Assembly (NCBI GenBank): GCA_000091205.1 | Contig: AP006485.2 | Strand: one strand, 5' to 3' | From: Cyanidioschyzon merolae | Taxonomy: Eukaryota | Length of the DNA stretch: 64,000 nucleotides | Shown: positions 1 through 13,212 of the stretch, in pieces | Layout: each line of letters opens with the position of its first letter | How positions within the stretch are numbered: position 1 is the first letter of the stretch | Position numbers and translations under genes: made by a program | Notes under the pieces: model-generated | What the model was told of the DNA's origin: nothing | What the model saw: only the letters and a program-made list of their open reading frames with translations | The model's database searches: none

Positions 1-1139
1 GTCGTTTGGAGGCGTCATGGTCTCTGTTTTGTCCGAATGCCGTCGACGTCGTTGGTCGGTCTCCTTTCGGTTCCGGGCTTGCCGCCGTGGAGCCATCGCT
101 CTCCTCTCACTGCAGTACCCTAGAGTCGCTCGCGCACTGTACAGAATACTTAACTCTTTGGTGGCTACTTCTCCAGGTCAGAACAAGAATAAAACACCTA
201 GGAAACAGTTGAAAGCGAAGTTCGGTTACGGAGTGCGGCACAAGTCTGGACGATGAACCTTCGTCCGAATGGTGGCGTTCCAAGCAGGAGCTTCGTTCAT
301 CGATGTATTGTTGTCAAGTGAACGTCTTGGTTTACGTACGAGAAGTATCTTATAGTGTAGTTTTGAGAAATTGAGGTGCTTGTCTGTAATTCGAGGGGCA
401 CTGAACGATCACAAGTTCACATACGCGACGGACGAGTGCGGTCAGGTACTGGAAACGAGTGCTTTTAGCGGGTAACGACGAGGGAGCAAGTTCCCGAACC
501 TGCTGCGACGCGTGCTGGTGTCCTTAATGCGCTCCCTAGACAAGGAACTATAGGAGGTCATGGGAAGACTTGCGATCCAAGTGGTACGAGCGTCAAGCGC
601 TTACTTACAGCCTCGTCACTTTTCTGCTACGCGACTCAAGGGGTAGTGGGGCTTTCTTCAAAGTCTCATCGTTCTCTACACGCTGCATCACAGGAAGCTG
701 TACCGGGTCGTGCGGTTATGGATCAAACCTAGGAAAGGTAACAGCTGAAAGCTAGAACAAACAGTAGCTCGTGAGGCAGTTATACACGAGCCGTGTTCCA
801 AGTAGCCTGCACGCGTGCGTCAGTGGACAAGGGATAAAACGGCTTGCGCAGCAACTCCAGCGAACTCGCTTGCTTCTCGCGATGTTCAAGAATCATTCAA
901 TCTCGAGCGTTCTGAAACATTCGAACACGTCTCCACTCATTGCGGTAGCAGAGGCGCTGCACCAGTCCACGTCGCTGGACACCGGTATCTTCCACCGTAT
1001 CTCATGCGCTTCCCTTTACCCATCGATGTGAGAAAAGCGCTCCACAATGCGTTAGGATTTCACGAAAAGCACCTAGCGCCACAGCATGTCGACTAATTTA
1101 CCTCCTCTTGTCGAGAATGTAGCTCATTTCGCAGATGTC

Positions 1140-3904
1140 CTAGTCGTAGGCGACGAGCCTCTTCAATATGCTGCGCAGCGTTCGACAACGTACTGGCCAG
1201 TGAGGATCCGCAGTGGTGCTGGTGCTGGTGCTGGTGCTGGTGCTGGTGCTGGTGCTGGTGTCTCTTCCAGGGCCCATCAGGGACGCAAAATAAGCCGACA
1301 ACACCTTCTCCGTCTGCTGCCGAAAGCTCCGCAACAAGACAGCCGTTCGTGCAGCACAACGAAAGCGGATCCAACCATCAACGATAACCCGCTGAGCTTC
1401 GTGTTCAATACGGATATCGCGGCCGCTGAAAAGCAACACGGCAAAGACAGGTACAGCGCTTACCTGCTGTACAAAAGCACGACTCGTAGTGACCCGCTGG
1501 GCGTAGGTAAACCACCGGACTGCGTGAGATGACAGCTGCTGCCGCTGCTCCTCGCTACGTTCCAGACGTACCAACGATGACGGGTGCAGCCACACCGGGG
1601 TATTGGTTTCGTCAAAGAGTTGCCATGTGGTTGAATTCGGTGTCGCTCCATTCCCGTGCTTCGCAGAAGATGTATCCTTCTGCTGCTTTCCACTCACTGG
1701 GGTCGCTCGCAACAGTTGCGGCACCAGTGCTGCGTATAGGACTGCTCGGTGGATCCGTTGATGCTGTTCGTTTTCGTGCCAGTCGATGGGCCCTGGCTCG
1801 AGTCCAATGTCGTCGAGCGTTCGCTCCAGAGAAAGTCGTGTCTGTTGAATTTGTTCCATGACGCGTTCGGAGAGTGCATTCTGTGCGAGGAACGCAGCCA
1901 ACGCCCCTTTCCCCGCAGAGGCCGCCTGTGCGCACAGCGTCTGCCACTGCTGCCAAACGTAAACCGCACTTGCTATATCGCTATCGAATGAGCTGTAGGC
2001 CTCTAAGCGATGCCTCTGGATGAGACTTGAGCCACCGCCAGTGATGCGCGCAAAAGGTGAACCTTCGATCAGAACCGCTGCAGCAGTGAGACTCCAGGAC
2101 AAACAGCCAAATATGGCTCCGTAGAGGAGCAACTTGCCCACAGTCGGATCCAACGGCAGTGCGGAGAGGATGCACCCCAGGGGCGTGCATTCCAGATCCT
2201 TCAGCGACGACGACAACGACGACAACGACCAGAGTTCCGCGCTAGGACCCGTTTCCCCGTTCAGCGTTCGAGGCAAGTGCTGCGTTGCACTCGATGCTCC
2301 CGCGGGGACGTCTCCCGAGGCCTCATCGTGGACGACGACTGCGTCGCGCCTCGTCTTTTGCGCAGCAACCTTGATGCCGTTCGCCGTCCATGCAAGCCCA
2401 GATGCGGCAAGCATATCACCTGACGATAACTGCAGAGCGCCCATTTGCCACAGTCGCACGATTGCTGCCTCTGTGTGTGCCTGCGGTGGTGCCGTCATCA
2501 TCTCGCGTTGCAGCAGCTGCACAACCTGCTCGAGGCTGTGACGCGCTCCACGCTCTGCAGTCGACCAGCCGAGCAGCCAGAGGATCCAGCGCTCCAGCGG
2601 CGTGCGTACCAGTTCAGGTTCAGTGTCCTCTGGGAGATGCTTCAACCAGAAGGGATCACGTGGTATCAGTCGCCAGCAGATACCGGCGGTTACACGGCCA
2701 GCTCGTCCAGCCCGCTGTGCCGCAGACGCTTTGGAGCACCAGGACTCGCGCAACTGGAGCGCACCCCGGGTAGCGGGTTGCATCTGCAGACTCCGCACTC
2801 GACACGTGTCGATGACTGCAACAACATCCGGAACGGTAATGCTCGACTCGGCAACATTGGTTGCACATATGACTTTGCGTTGCTGTAGCGGATCCGGTGC
2901 TTCCGCGAAGACACGTTCCTGTTCGACGGCGGTTTGATTGGCGTGCAGCGGCAACGCCCAAAACGATGCTACTCCTCGGGCTTGAAAAGTGCTCGACAGC
3001 TCAGCGTCTGGGCGATGCGCGCTGCTACGACCTCCCAGTCGATGCAGTCGCCGACACAGCTGTTCGGTTTCCACGACGCCCGGCAAGAACACCAGAATAG
3101 CTCCGCGTTTCCCGGATCCACAGCGTGCTTCCTGAGCGCTCAGCTCCTCGTCTAAGCGTCGTACTACGAACTCGACTAGGGCCAGGGATGCTCCTTTGAC
3201 GCTGCTGAACCCCAGCGGTGTCCATTGTTGGGCGTCGGACGCAGCGCAGGACTCCTCGTCTGCGGGGTCGACGTTTTCGCCCCAGGTACCAGCAGCAGTG
3301 CTTCCCGACGCTTGGCGTTCCGCACTACGCTCTGGATGCCGTCCAAACACGTCCGCAGCGTTGTTACTGGCAGCGTTCGCAGTTTCTTCGAGCTGAAGCG
3401 CATCGAGCATGGGCGAGAGCTTCGTTTCCGTATTAGCGCCGGCATCAAGTGCAAGATCCATCTCTGGCGTTCTCTGGGCGCTCGCTGCTGTCGCTTCCAA
3501 ACATCGTATCTGCTCCAGCGAGCGGGCATCGGTCGCTGCTAGCTGCTTCATGGACAATGGCTTGGTATGAGCGGCACCAGCACGACCTGCCCGATGATCA
3601 GCATCATCCGTAGGGTGCTGGTGAGCGCACCGCTTTGCCAGCTGGAACGCTTGCCAGGAGGCGGCATCCTTCGCTCCCGTGTCGAGCTCATGGTGCTCGT
3701 CCTGTTCACAGAGCGACACGACTTGCGCATCATCACAGACGTGAAGTATTGGATGAGCAATGGTGGTAGCGGAGCGTTCTACGGAAGCGGTACCATGCGC
3801 GCTACCGTTCCGCCAACTGGGTAGATCCTCAAGCCAACGAATCATCACCGGAAACGTGCGACCAGGTATCTGAAGGACTCGAAGAGTGCGTGGTGTTGAC
3901 GCAT

Positions 3905-3935
<31 letters not shown>

Positions 3936-6591
3936 CCCCAGATAGCGCTCCAAAGACGCAGCGTTTGCAGTTGCACTCATGAATACGACTTGGAGATCAG
4001 ATCGTGAAGCCAGCAACCTCCGAACACAGCACAGCAGCATGTCCATCTCCGCACTACGTTCGTGAACCTCATCCAAAATTAAATGCGAAATATTCGTTAA
4101 ACTGGGGTCCTGCTGCAGCATCCGCAGCACGATACCGGTCGTGCAGAACGCCAGACGCGTGTGCGGTGAGATTCGGCCCTGCAGACGGACTTGATAGCCG
4201 ACAAGTCCAGCTTCGTGTGCGTTGTCGTCAGTTCTTGTGCGCTGTCTTTGCGGTGTTTCCGAGTCGGCGGTTAGGCGTTCACCGCGCTCATCAGCGACTC
4301 GTTTGGCAACGGTGATCGCCGCAATCCTCCTCGGTTGGGTCACTAGAATGCGTGTTTGCGAGGCTCGGCCCTGCAACAGTGCATTCTCAAGGATCATTGC
4401 GGGGCATTGGGTTGTTTTTCCCGATCCCGTCTCCGCTTGAATGAGAACGGGATTTGTTCCCGCAGCCAGCAAAGACAAGAATGCCTGCTGGTATTGACGA
4501 GCGGGTAAGCGGGTCAGTGCTGGTGGCGAATGCCGGCGCTCTATACGCTCTAAGCGTTCACGTTCTCGCTGCTGCAACTCGCGGTCTAGAGCGGGATCCG
4601 GTTCAATGCCTGCGCTGGAGAAGCTGCTCGAAGGCCCAGCCTTTCGAGAGCTGCTCTTTCGAGCAGTCAAGCTCCTGGAAGCGCCAGCAGGGCCAGGGCG
4701 AAGATGCGTCGGCCTCGAGTCTGGGTCAAATGCACGGCATGATGGGAGCGTAGGTGTCGCTCCTTGCTTGCTTTGCCATTCTGTTAGCCAATCGTAAATG
4801 GTTGGTGCAAGTACGGCTCCTCTGGCCGGTACACACTCAGGTGCTTGGCGACTACGATCCATCGCCAACAGCACCGCTCCATGGAGAGAACGAAGCCAGG
4901 CCCGCCGCACGCGTCGAGGCGGACGCCGCGTCGCTCGAACCGTCTCCAAAGTTGTCGTCGTTGTCGTCGAGTCTTCAAACCAGAGAATCGGAAGCGTCTC
5001 TGGATAACCATAGAGATGGCCACAGAGACGGGATAGTCCCCAACGTGTCGCCGTTGGTGTCGTTGGTGCTCCCGCTCCGGTTCGTGCTGAGGGCGTATCC
5101 AGCTTGGGCGCTGTTCTGCTGAGATCCATCTGCAAGTCGATTTCGAAGCCTTCGGCATCCACGTGATCATCGATCGACGATAGCGGTTGCGGTAGACTGG
5201 ACGAGGGGAGAACCTCACGAGTCCAGCGGAAAGCACGGCCGAAGCGTGCCTCCAGTTCCTGGCGTTCGAGTGCCCAGCAGCTACGGCGGAAATCGACGGT
5301 ATCCAGCCGTTGCTCTTTCTCTACTGAAGACTGCGTATCTGCAAGAGACCTGGAGCGAGGATCAAGTACATGCTCCGTTTCCTCGAAAAGCTCTGTCTCT
5401 TCAGAAAGAGGATCTCCCAACATATCCTCAGTAGCTGTCGCGTTCGCCGATGAAGCATACCTGAACATACAATCACCGCTGTCTCTGTTCCCGTTATAGA
5501 GGGTACCCTCCGAATGACGAAGAGAATTCTTATCCCCACTCAATTCTCGATGCTGGAGACGGCCAGTGCGTATCTTCGACGGCATCCGGACCCGCTCCAG
5601 CAGAAAAGCGATGGACTCGGTCGGTGTGAAGATCAAGAGCTCTCTTATCCAGTCGTGTGCAGCGTCAAGCACTCGATCCCTGTTCGCAAGAAGAAGCCTC
5701 TCTCCTTGAGCACGATTCATCAGCGCCATGGTGTTCACGAGCCATTCGAGCGCCCTTAGACGCTCGCTCTCGCTGTACGCACCCGAGTTGCTCTTCGCAA
5801 TACCAGCGCCTTTTTGAGTTGCGCCAGGCGTGCGCACCGTTGAGCAGGCCGGAGACGGGTCCAGGGACGCTTTCGGATCTACAGCCTTTGCACGGTTGTT
5901 TGCAGCTTCCAGTGCTTGTTTTGCATGCTCAGCACGAAAGGCGACAACCTCCGTGGCCTGCTCTGGTCTAAACGAGGGCGGCAATTCATCCTCATCGAGA
6001 TGAAGACATAACCAGTCGAGCGCCTGGGATCGCTGCTGCTCAGCAGAGCGCATCCCAGAGCCTGCAGGTTCCACGACACATCGTGCGGCTGCTTCCGCCG
6101 CTGCCTCAGCATCAAACCCGAGCTCCCGGAGCTGTTGCCAGAGCCAGTGCTGCTCCGCGCCTAGTGCCCGTGATGCCTGCATCCACATGCTCTCGAGAGA
6201 CGCCGACGCATCGAGTTCAAGGAGACAAACAAGCGCTTCCTCGACAGCAGCCCGCGTTCTATCTTCCAGTCGCAGTGGGACTAGGAGCTGCTGCTCTCGA
6301 TACGCTTTTTTGGCTTCCGCTCGTGCTCTTGCTCGAGCGTTCGCGGCTTCTGCTGCTTGTGCGGCAATCTGCTTTTCTTTAGCCTCGTGAGCAGCCACGA
6401 AGCGAGCCCAGAATGGCCGCAGGGACGGTTCTAAGCGCAAGGCATGGTTGCGCTGACGATCGACTGAAGCCAGCACCCACAAGGCAGCCAGCTTCGCTGC
6501 TTTTTCGTCTGTATCCACCATGTGGGCGTCTGCAGGTGATAAGGCCTCCCCATTCCAACTATAGACAGATGCTACTTGGTGATATGAACCC

Positions 6592-6624
<33 letters not shown>

Positions 6625-7136
6625 GAATGATGGCCCTTTCCGAGTCGTATGAGCCACCCGCTGGAAGGTTGCTTGGCGAGTCGCGGTTGACCTCGCAGTC
6701 CCGCCCGCTGCATCCACTCCTGCAGCAGCAGTTGAGGCGTCGCACCAACCCAGGTCCGCTTCGTGATCGTTTGCTCTTCATTTGTTGAAGCAGGCGAGCC
6801 CTGCGCCCTTCCTTGACCCAGAGACGCTGCCGAGAACGCTGCGCTAGACTGTGTCCGGCAGACACTCGCACCCATTTCAGTGCTGGTCGAGTCCGCGTCC
6901 AGGCGCTGAGCACGTAAACGCCGTGCGGCAGCTTTTCGCTCCTTGTACGCCTGAACGGGGTCCAAGTTGGTTTCCGTGGTTGTGAGGCCAGCTCCTAAGC
7001 CCGCTGCAGGGCCCGCACTAGACGCCACATCGCCCGTGCTTCGAACAACGCCACCAGCTCGTGTGGAGAGTGACGAGACCACTGCACCGCCGGGTCCGAC
7101 TCGAGTACGTCGTCGATGACGCCCTGAGCCACCCAT
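1140..7136 (-). CDS. DEAH-box (DExH) ATP-dependent RNA helicase, ~2000 aa, with long N-terminal extension and low-complexity insertions
   Basis: Single 1998-aa ORF. Walker A 'AETGSGKTTQ', motif II 'ILDEVHERS' (DEAH), motif III 'FMSATANA', motif V/VI 'ICATNVAESSITVPDVVAVIDTCRVR' and 'QRAGRAGR'. A long insert separates motifs III and IV. Poly-Q and (TS)n tracts present. The true start codon within the ORF is uncertain. Confidence 0.7.
1208..1262. repeat. (GCTGGT)n hexanucleotide microsatellite, ~9 units
   Basis: Read directly: ggtgctggtgctggtgctggtgctggtgctggtgctggtg. Encodes a (TS)n run at the C-terminus of the helicase ORF on the minus strand. Confidence 0.8.
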
Positions 7137-7549
7137 TGTTCAGTCAGTGTGCCCGAGTTGCACCTCCTCGATCGACTGTGCGCTGCTGGAGCGCTGTGCT
7201 CGCAACACTGCCTCCCGGACCTGCGTTTCTTGAACAGAATGGACAGTGCGTTCAGTGGAACAGGATGAAAAGCGAGACAATCTGTTCGCTAATTCGTATC
7301 CGGTACCTGCAAAAGTTCTGATCGTGCTTATTGCCCCGCATCCGGCAACGAAAACGCTCGACTCATGAGACTCTCACACTGACCCTGGAGACGCTGGTGT
7401 TGGCGTCGGCGTCGCGGTTGGCTTCAGAGGACTGGCGAGCCGCTGGCACTTTCGCGCCTGCTACGTCTCTGGTCTGGTGATAATCCTCATCAGACCTGGG
7501 TGTGTAGGTACTTGGGTGACGCTCTTCGTGAAGACGACGAAACTGATTC

Positions 7550-8347
7550 ATGTTCAGTGCTCAGGGTGCTGTGGAGCTAGGTCGACTGGATCGTGAATCC
7601 AGGCGCGACTTGTCGGCACACCGCTGCCCGCCACGCGTACCTGGAACGCTTCTGAAAGCTTCGAAACGGCGAAGAGCCGCGCAGTTGACGCTTGAGCGGC
7701 TTCCCTGCATAGTTCTCCGTACGTCTGAGGAAGAAAATGGACAAGGTGCAGGACCAGTGCGCCTGGAACAAGGCGCAACAGGCGAGAATGCACGTCCTGG
7801 TCATCTGCCAGCGATGCCGGCTCAGAAACGTGCCGTTTCGCCTCAGTCGCGCCGCTCCAACGGTGAGCAACCTGCCCCGCGAACTGACAAACATCCCAGG
7901 GCTTCTATGTTGGACTATCGGACGCGTTTGGACTTGCGTCAGTTTCAGCTGCGGTTCCAGATCTTTGTGGAAGACATCGTCGCCTTCCCGTTGACCTGGT
8001 ACAACATGCTTCGTAATCGCAAGTCCGAGTTTGCGAAGCTACCTCGAAATCCGACGACGGCGCCACCCGAGTTAGACTGCCGTGGCTGTCACGGGCTCGG
8101 ATTCGAGACTTGTCGTTACTGCGAAGGCGTTGGGCATCGGTATTTTTGGGGTAGTTCTCGTCGCCAAGAGTACGATCGTATGCGTCGGGCGGGAGAAGCG
8201 CGTCACTGGCGGACGATTGTATACGGACTCTTTCATATCGAGCGACGTGAAGTGCGATGTCGGCATTGTCGAGGCTTCGGTTGGGTTTCGTGTCGAGTTT
8301 GTCATGGGCATCAGCTTCCCAAGGAATGGGAGACGATGTATAGGTGA
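7550..8347 (+). CDS. Small protein with DnaJ-type CR zinc-finger repeats (CxxCxGxG x4; BSD2/DnaJ-CR-like)
   Basis: 265-aa ORF contains 'CRGCHGLGFETCRYCEGVGH' and 'CRHCRGFGWVSCRVCHGH', i.e. four CxxCxGxG units. The N-terminal 100 aa are low complexity, so the true start may be an internal Met. Divergent from the helicase gene. Confidence 0.4.
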   Translation: MFSAQGAVELGRLDRESRRDLSAHRCPPRVPGTLLKASKRRRAAQLTLERLPCIVLRTSEEENGQGAGPVRLEQGATGENARPGHLPAMPAQKRAVSPQSRRSNGEQPAPRTDKHPRASMLDYRTRLDLRQFQLRFQIFVEDIVAFPLTWYNMLRNRKSEFAKLPRNPTTAPPELDCRGCHGLGFETCRYCEGVGHRYFWGSSRRQEYDRMRRAGEARHWRTIVYGLFHIERREVRCRHCRGFGWVSCRVCHGHQLPKEWETMYR

Positions 8348-10693
8348 GGGGTCGGCACGAGCTCTCCAGGTTCTGCGACTCGGGTGCGGGAGGTCGTCAC
8401 AGGTGCAGCCGCTTTGCGCCCACGTAGCGCTCTGCTGCAAAGTTTCTATGCATCTGGGCGAAGCGACGCATTTATAAAGCCGTTCACGCAAGCCGAAGCA
8501 AATAACAAGTTCGTCAGCAGAACAAGTGAGATCAACGCCTCGTCGATTCCTCTACCGCTACTGCTGTTACTGCAACATGCATGGCAATTGCTATGATAGG
8601 TGCTATGATGACAGCGATGTCAGAACAGAATAGAACTACTTCTCCAAGTTGGATGTATAATCTAAAGTGTGGGTGCCTTCCCAATGCCATCAATGGAAGC
8701 GTTTGTGTGATTTTTATGCGACTACTTCTTTTTTTGCTCAGTGTTCTCTGGCTTTGAATACGCCGGTCTCTCCTTTCCATCCAGTTCTGTTGTCAGTGGT
8801 CCAGGAATATTGACGAGAGCGTCTTAGTTCCGATTTCCGAGTTTTCGGTCGCTGTCGACGCTTTTCATGCACAGACGGAAGTTGCGATCTATGCTTCCCG
8901 TGCGATGTTCGCATTCAATGTAGACAGCTTCGGAGGGCATTTCGCAGCAGCGAAACTAGATTATGACCAGGTGTGCTCGTGTGTCCAACACACATTCTCT
9001 AGCGAGCGCCTTCTCGTCATGCTTGAAGGCTCGCCTCATCGCTCAGTACACGCTTTTGACCAGTACAGAAGACGCCTCTCAATACCGTCGTAAACTTGCG
9101 CTTCCGATGCCCGTACCTTTCGAGTATGTGCCTCCTATTGGCCATCCCTTCGTCGAGTGCTCTGTCCGCTGGACATGCAAGCGCACGCAGTACCGGTCGA
9201 TGTAGGATTTGTGGCACGTGATGTTGTCCAGGATGGAAAAAAGTATAGGTAGTGTAATCCAGGTCAGAGAAGCCGTTGGGAGATTTCCACCCGTTTTTCG
9301 TTTGAACTGGTGACGTATTCTCCACTTGAAGTGATCACAGCGACGACGCAAGTCGATCTCGGAATCCAAGGCCTCTTTCCGTACCAGCAAAACAAAAACG
9401 GGGAGTCCCTGACAGCATTCCCTGGGAAAGCGATCATGCTGCTATCGAATATTGTTGAATTGATTGGACCGAGTAGACCAGAATTCGTGTTTGGAACGGA
9501 ATCGATTTTTGAGCATGACAAGTTTAGTGAAATTCCGGGATAAGCTTGTAAACAAGTCGTCCGGGGTGAAGTCGAGTCTTCTTCCTGATCAGTGCGGCTG
9601 TGCGTGTTGCTGCGCGACTAGCTCCATTGAAACAGAAACATAGAAGACTTCAAGAGCATGTGATTTAAGCACGCTACACGTAAAGCGGATAGAAGCGTAG
9701 AGGCTCGTACGTAGGAATTGGTGAATGATATCGGTTACGAGAGGAATTCTTGTTTGACGGCGTCGGGAATCATCTTTATCCCGATGGCGTGACGGATTGT
9801 AGCAGCAAAGCATCATCGCAACCACGCCGAAAGCTCAACCAAGCATCACGAGACTAGCTATGAATTCGTTGCCCACGACTATTGAAATTTGAGTGCTGGG
9901 CTTCCACATCTGCAAAACTTCCAACAAAAATCCCAAGGCATGTCCAGTGCAAACAGCGCACAGTTCAATTTTCATCTGCCAAGAGCACAGTGCTTCGTTT
10001 ACTGCAACTGCTATTGCTACTGTTACGATCAGATTAACTAGACCGCATGCGTCATATTAGTGTCGCGGCATTACACCTGATGCATATTCAACGGATATCG
10101 CATGCGGCATTGGGGAGGCTTGCTCTCCTCTAGGCAGTCTCACTTGGATCCTGAGCGCGAGAACACATCCCAGGCAGCCATGATAAGCGGCCCTGAACCA
10201 CGCAGGCGATACCGCCTCGACAGCTCCAACATCAGTTGAAGCGTTTTTCGCATCAAGCGGTAAGGGGAAAGGTTTCGGCCGGTTCCAGAGCTGGGCAGCT
10301 GCGCAGGTGGATTCTGGAAGTTTCCAATACATACGACCATGCTTTCGTCAATCTACGGGCTATGGGGATCGCACGTGCACGGCTCATCGCCAGCTGGAAA
10401 ACGACGCTTCATGAGGTAGTCCACAGCAATCATGAATGCGCTGGCGTTTGGATGGATTCATTGCGAGTTCAAGCAGCGACACAAGGAAAGCACTCTCGAC
10501 GACGACGACGACGACGACAACAACAACAACAACGAGCGATCGCCACAACAGGAACCGTGCGAGGTCGAGTGCAATGCTCACAGCCAGTACCGTTCTGCAC
10601 TCGTTGCCGGGCGGGTAGAGCGATTCTGTGCAGCTGAGAAGGATTGCCTCTCTTCGCGAGTTCGAGTGCTTTTTGCAGTGCAGCACAAGAGCA

Positions 10694-12202
10694 TCAGGTT
10701 GAGTTGGGCGTCACCACTTTTCGACGAAAACGCGGCACGTAGCGAGTGTCCGTATACTCTTCCAGGAATTCGCCATGAAGCATCTCCTCTGTATAGTTGC
10801 ATTTGAGGTACACGAAAACTTCCAGAATAAAATTCGGGTCCGCGAGGGCGCGAACCAAAGTGCGTTCCCGATGATAGTTCTCGCCGACATTTTCCAAGAC
10901 GTCGAGCATGGCGAGCTCCTCATCATCGACTCGATAGACTTCGCCTCGGACGTGCTTGCCAACTCCGGTTCGGTTCAAAAGAAACGGTGTGAAATGCGGA
11001 CCTCCGATAATCAGTGGATATCGCTCTATGGTTACGTAGCATCCCTCAAAAATGGCGTGATGGAGCAGCGGATGATTCGGATATCCCCGCTTCAGCGTGC
11101 CGTAGACAAAGACCCAGTGAGGGCGATGCTTGATCGGTTCGTGCGATCCCATGGATCGAGCTGCAAGCCACCGCTGAAGATTACTCATGTTCAGTGAAGC
11201 CGGTGAAGCGGTCGTTGAGGACATCGCAGCAGCAGAATCAGCAGCTGTTGTTGCCGATGCAACCTGCTCTACACTGTCTAGCTCGTGCCACAATGGAGAC
11301 GTCTGATGAGGGTCCGAGTGCTCCCGTCGAAAGAGGCTCGGCTCGCTGCGGATCGGATACAGACTTGCACGAAAGGACCCCGCCACTGAACCTTGCGTCG
11401 GAGATATGCAGATACCCTCACGCTCCTCGTTCTCCTCAGCCAAGCTACATCTTGAGCTCGGCGCATGCGAGTGTTCGGAGTATGCAGGAGAGCTAGTACC
11501 GACAGCGCCTGCAGCCTGTGCTCTACCGCCGTAACCAGCATGACCTCCTCTGACGGAGTTCTCCTCAGAGTCGGCACTGCTCCCCTGGTACAGCTGCTTG
11601 CGACGTTGACGGCTCGCTTGGTAATAGGTGCCGCGGAGCGAGCCACCGATGCCAAGGTCAGAGTCGAGGTCAGCCAGCAGGTGTCGTGTATGTGGGTTGC
11701 TGCGAGCCATATCCGGATGGGTGCGCCCCGGAGCCCGCACCGGACCTGTGGGCGGTGCTGGATACTTGAGCTCGTAGGGGCCCTCGAACAGAACGTCATA
11801 CCACTGACGCAGCTCTTTGCGATGCTCAGTCCGTTCCTCGTCGAGTACGTCTTCGACAGTTAGAGGAGTACCTGGTCCCTGGGACGTAGCATTTTCCCTT
11901 GCGGCTCCGGGTTGCGGGCACCGAGCAGCCTTATCTGACTGAACTACTGCTGTACAGGGAACAGCAAGGGCGCTCGCTACGCTTTCGGCCTCAGGTTCTG
12001 GTGCAGTCTCTTCTGCAGTCGCAGCAGCAGTGGCAGCAACTGCCGATACTGGTGTGCGCTCCTCGCTGTGTTCCAGCGAATTGGGCTTCAGAACGTCTTG
12101 CTCCTCGTTGAGGCCAAGTTGTTTGAACCGCCGGTACCAGTCGGCACCGTGAACTTTCTCGCCGTCTGATTGACGACTGGCACGAAAAGCACCCGGTGAC
12201 AT
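10694..12202 (-). CDS. Protein with C-terminal gamma-glutamyl(amine) cyclotransferase / AIG2-like domain
   Basis: C-terminal ~160 aa carry 'HWVFVYGTLKRGYPNHPLL...VRGEVYRVDDEELAMLDVLE', typical of the GGACT/AIG2-like fold (YGTLKRG motif). The N-terminal ~330 aa are Ser/Ala-rich and disordered, so the start is uncertain. Confidence 0.5.
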   Translation of the reverse strand: MSPGAFRASRQSDGEKVHGADWYRRFKQLGLNEEQDVLKPNSLEHSEERTPVSAVAATAAATAEETAPEPEAESVASALAVPCTAVVQSDKAARCPQPGAARENATSQGPGTPLTVEDVLDEERTEHRKELRQWYDVLFEGPYELKYPAPPTGPVRAPGRTHPDMARSNPHTRHLLADLDSDLGIGGSLRGTYYQASRQRRKQLYQGSSADSEENSVRGGHAGYGGRAQAAGAVGTSSPAYSEHSHAPSSRCSLAEENEEREGICISPTQGSVAGSFRASLYPIRSEPSLFRREHSDPHQTSPLWHELDSVEQVASATTAADSAAAMSSTTASPASLNMSNLQRWLAARSMGSHEPIKHRPHWVFVYGTLKRGYPNHPLLHHAIFEGCYVTIERYPLIIGGPHFTPFLLNRTGVGKHVRGEVYRVDDEELAMLDVLENVGENYHRERTLVRALADPNFILEVFVYLKCNYTEEMLHGEFLEEYTDTRYVPRFRRKVVTPNST

Positions 12203-13212
12203 GAGCTGTTGACCCGTCCCCTACCCGAGAAAAGCCTCTGGGCGCTAATGCACTAGTCCGAGCAGCTCCAGCGTTGCGTCGCCCGTGTCGTTGCCCAGTT
12301 CGTTGAAGCCAACAGACCTGTTGCGGGCGTTCCAGCGATGATTGCATGGTGTCCATCGGTGGCGTTCGTAGCACTCACGGTTGACGTTCGCACAGAGCGG
12401 GAAGGTAAAGCCGCTCTGGGTCGATACGGCATCCGAAGTGGTGCTGTAGGCGGTATTGTGGAAGCTGGCGGTAGGATGGACACGTGACCGGTCGTATGAC
12501 CGAGCCATGAACTTCGACGGCAAGTAGGTGCAGTGGCTGGTAGAACTGAGGAGGTATGTTGCGTCACGACGTTCGCTTTATCTGATGCTGGCAGGAATCA
12601 CGCCGTTCGGGATCCCTGGTCTGTATACTCGTTGCGTCGATAAGAAAAACGGTGTTTCTAGAGTGCAACGCCGACACGTCCGGGAGCTTGCTTGCGCGAC
12701 AGCGCACGATACAGGGCAACTCGTAGGCCAAACGAGTCTTCTCGATAGATAGGCAGTAGACTGCTCTGGGCGGTACCATGCAGACACCCACGTATTTCGC
12801 GAACTGGCGAGAGCTCGAATACAGCACACGTCGAAGCTCTTCTACGAAAGCGACGTTCCCCGTAATTCCGAGTATCGCTCTTTACTGAACAAAGCACCTC
12901 TTTGACATTCTTGCTGGCGTCCTACGTAGAAAATGACAATTTCGTTGCGTCCATGGTGGTGTCAGCACATGCTTTGACGCTCTATTCGGAAGACAGAGCT
13001 CTAATCGACCTCACACGCTGTCGTTTCAAGCACGGAGCATGAGCGTCTCGACGCAAGGCGCTCCTAGTGCCGTGTGTGCAGCACAATGCACCACGAGAAG
13101 CGCACGGTGCTATGTATGGACGGCGCACGTGCGGAGCATCCAGAGCGCTGTGGCTACCCGGCGATGCACCAGAGTCTCGCTACCTCTCCATATATTGCGA
13201 GCAAACGCATCT

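Noticed and set aside
1093-1374. 93-aa minus-strand ORF with (HQ)9
   Set aside because: Alternative frame of the (GCTGGT)n microsatellite inside the helicase CDS.
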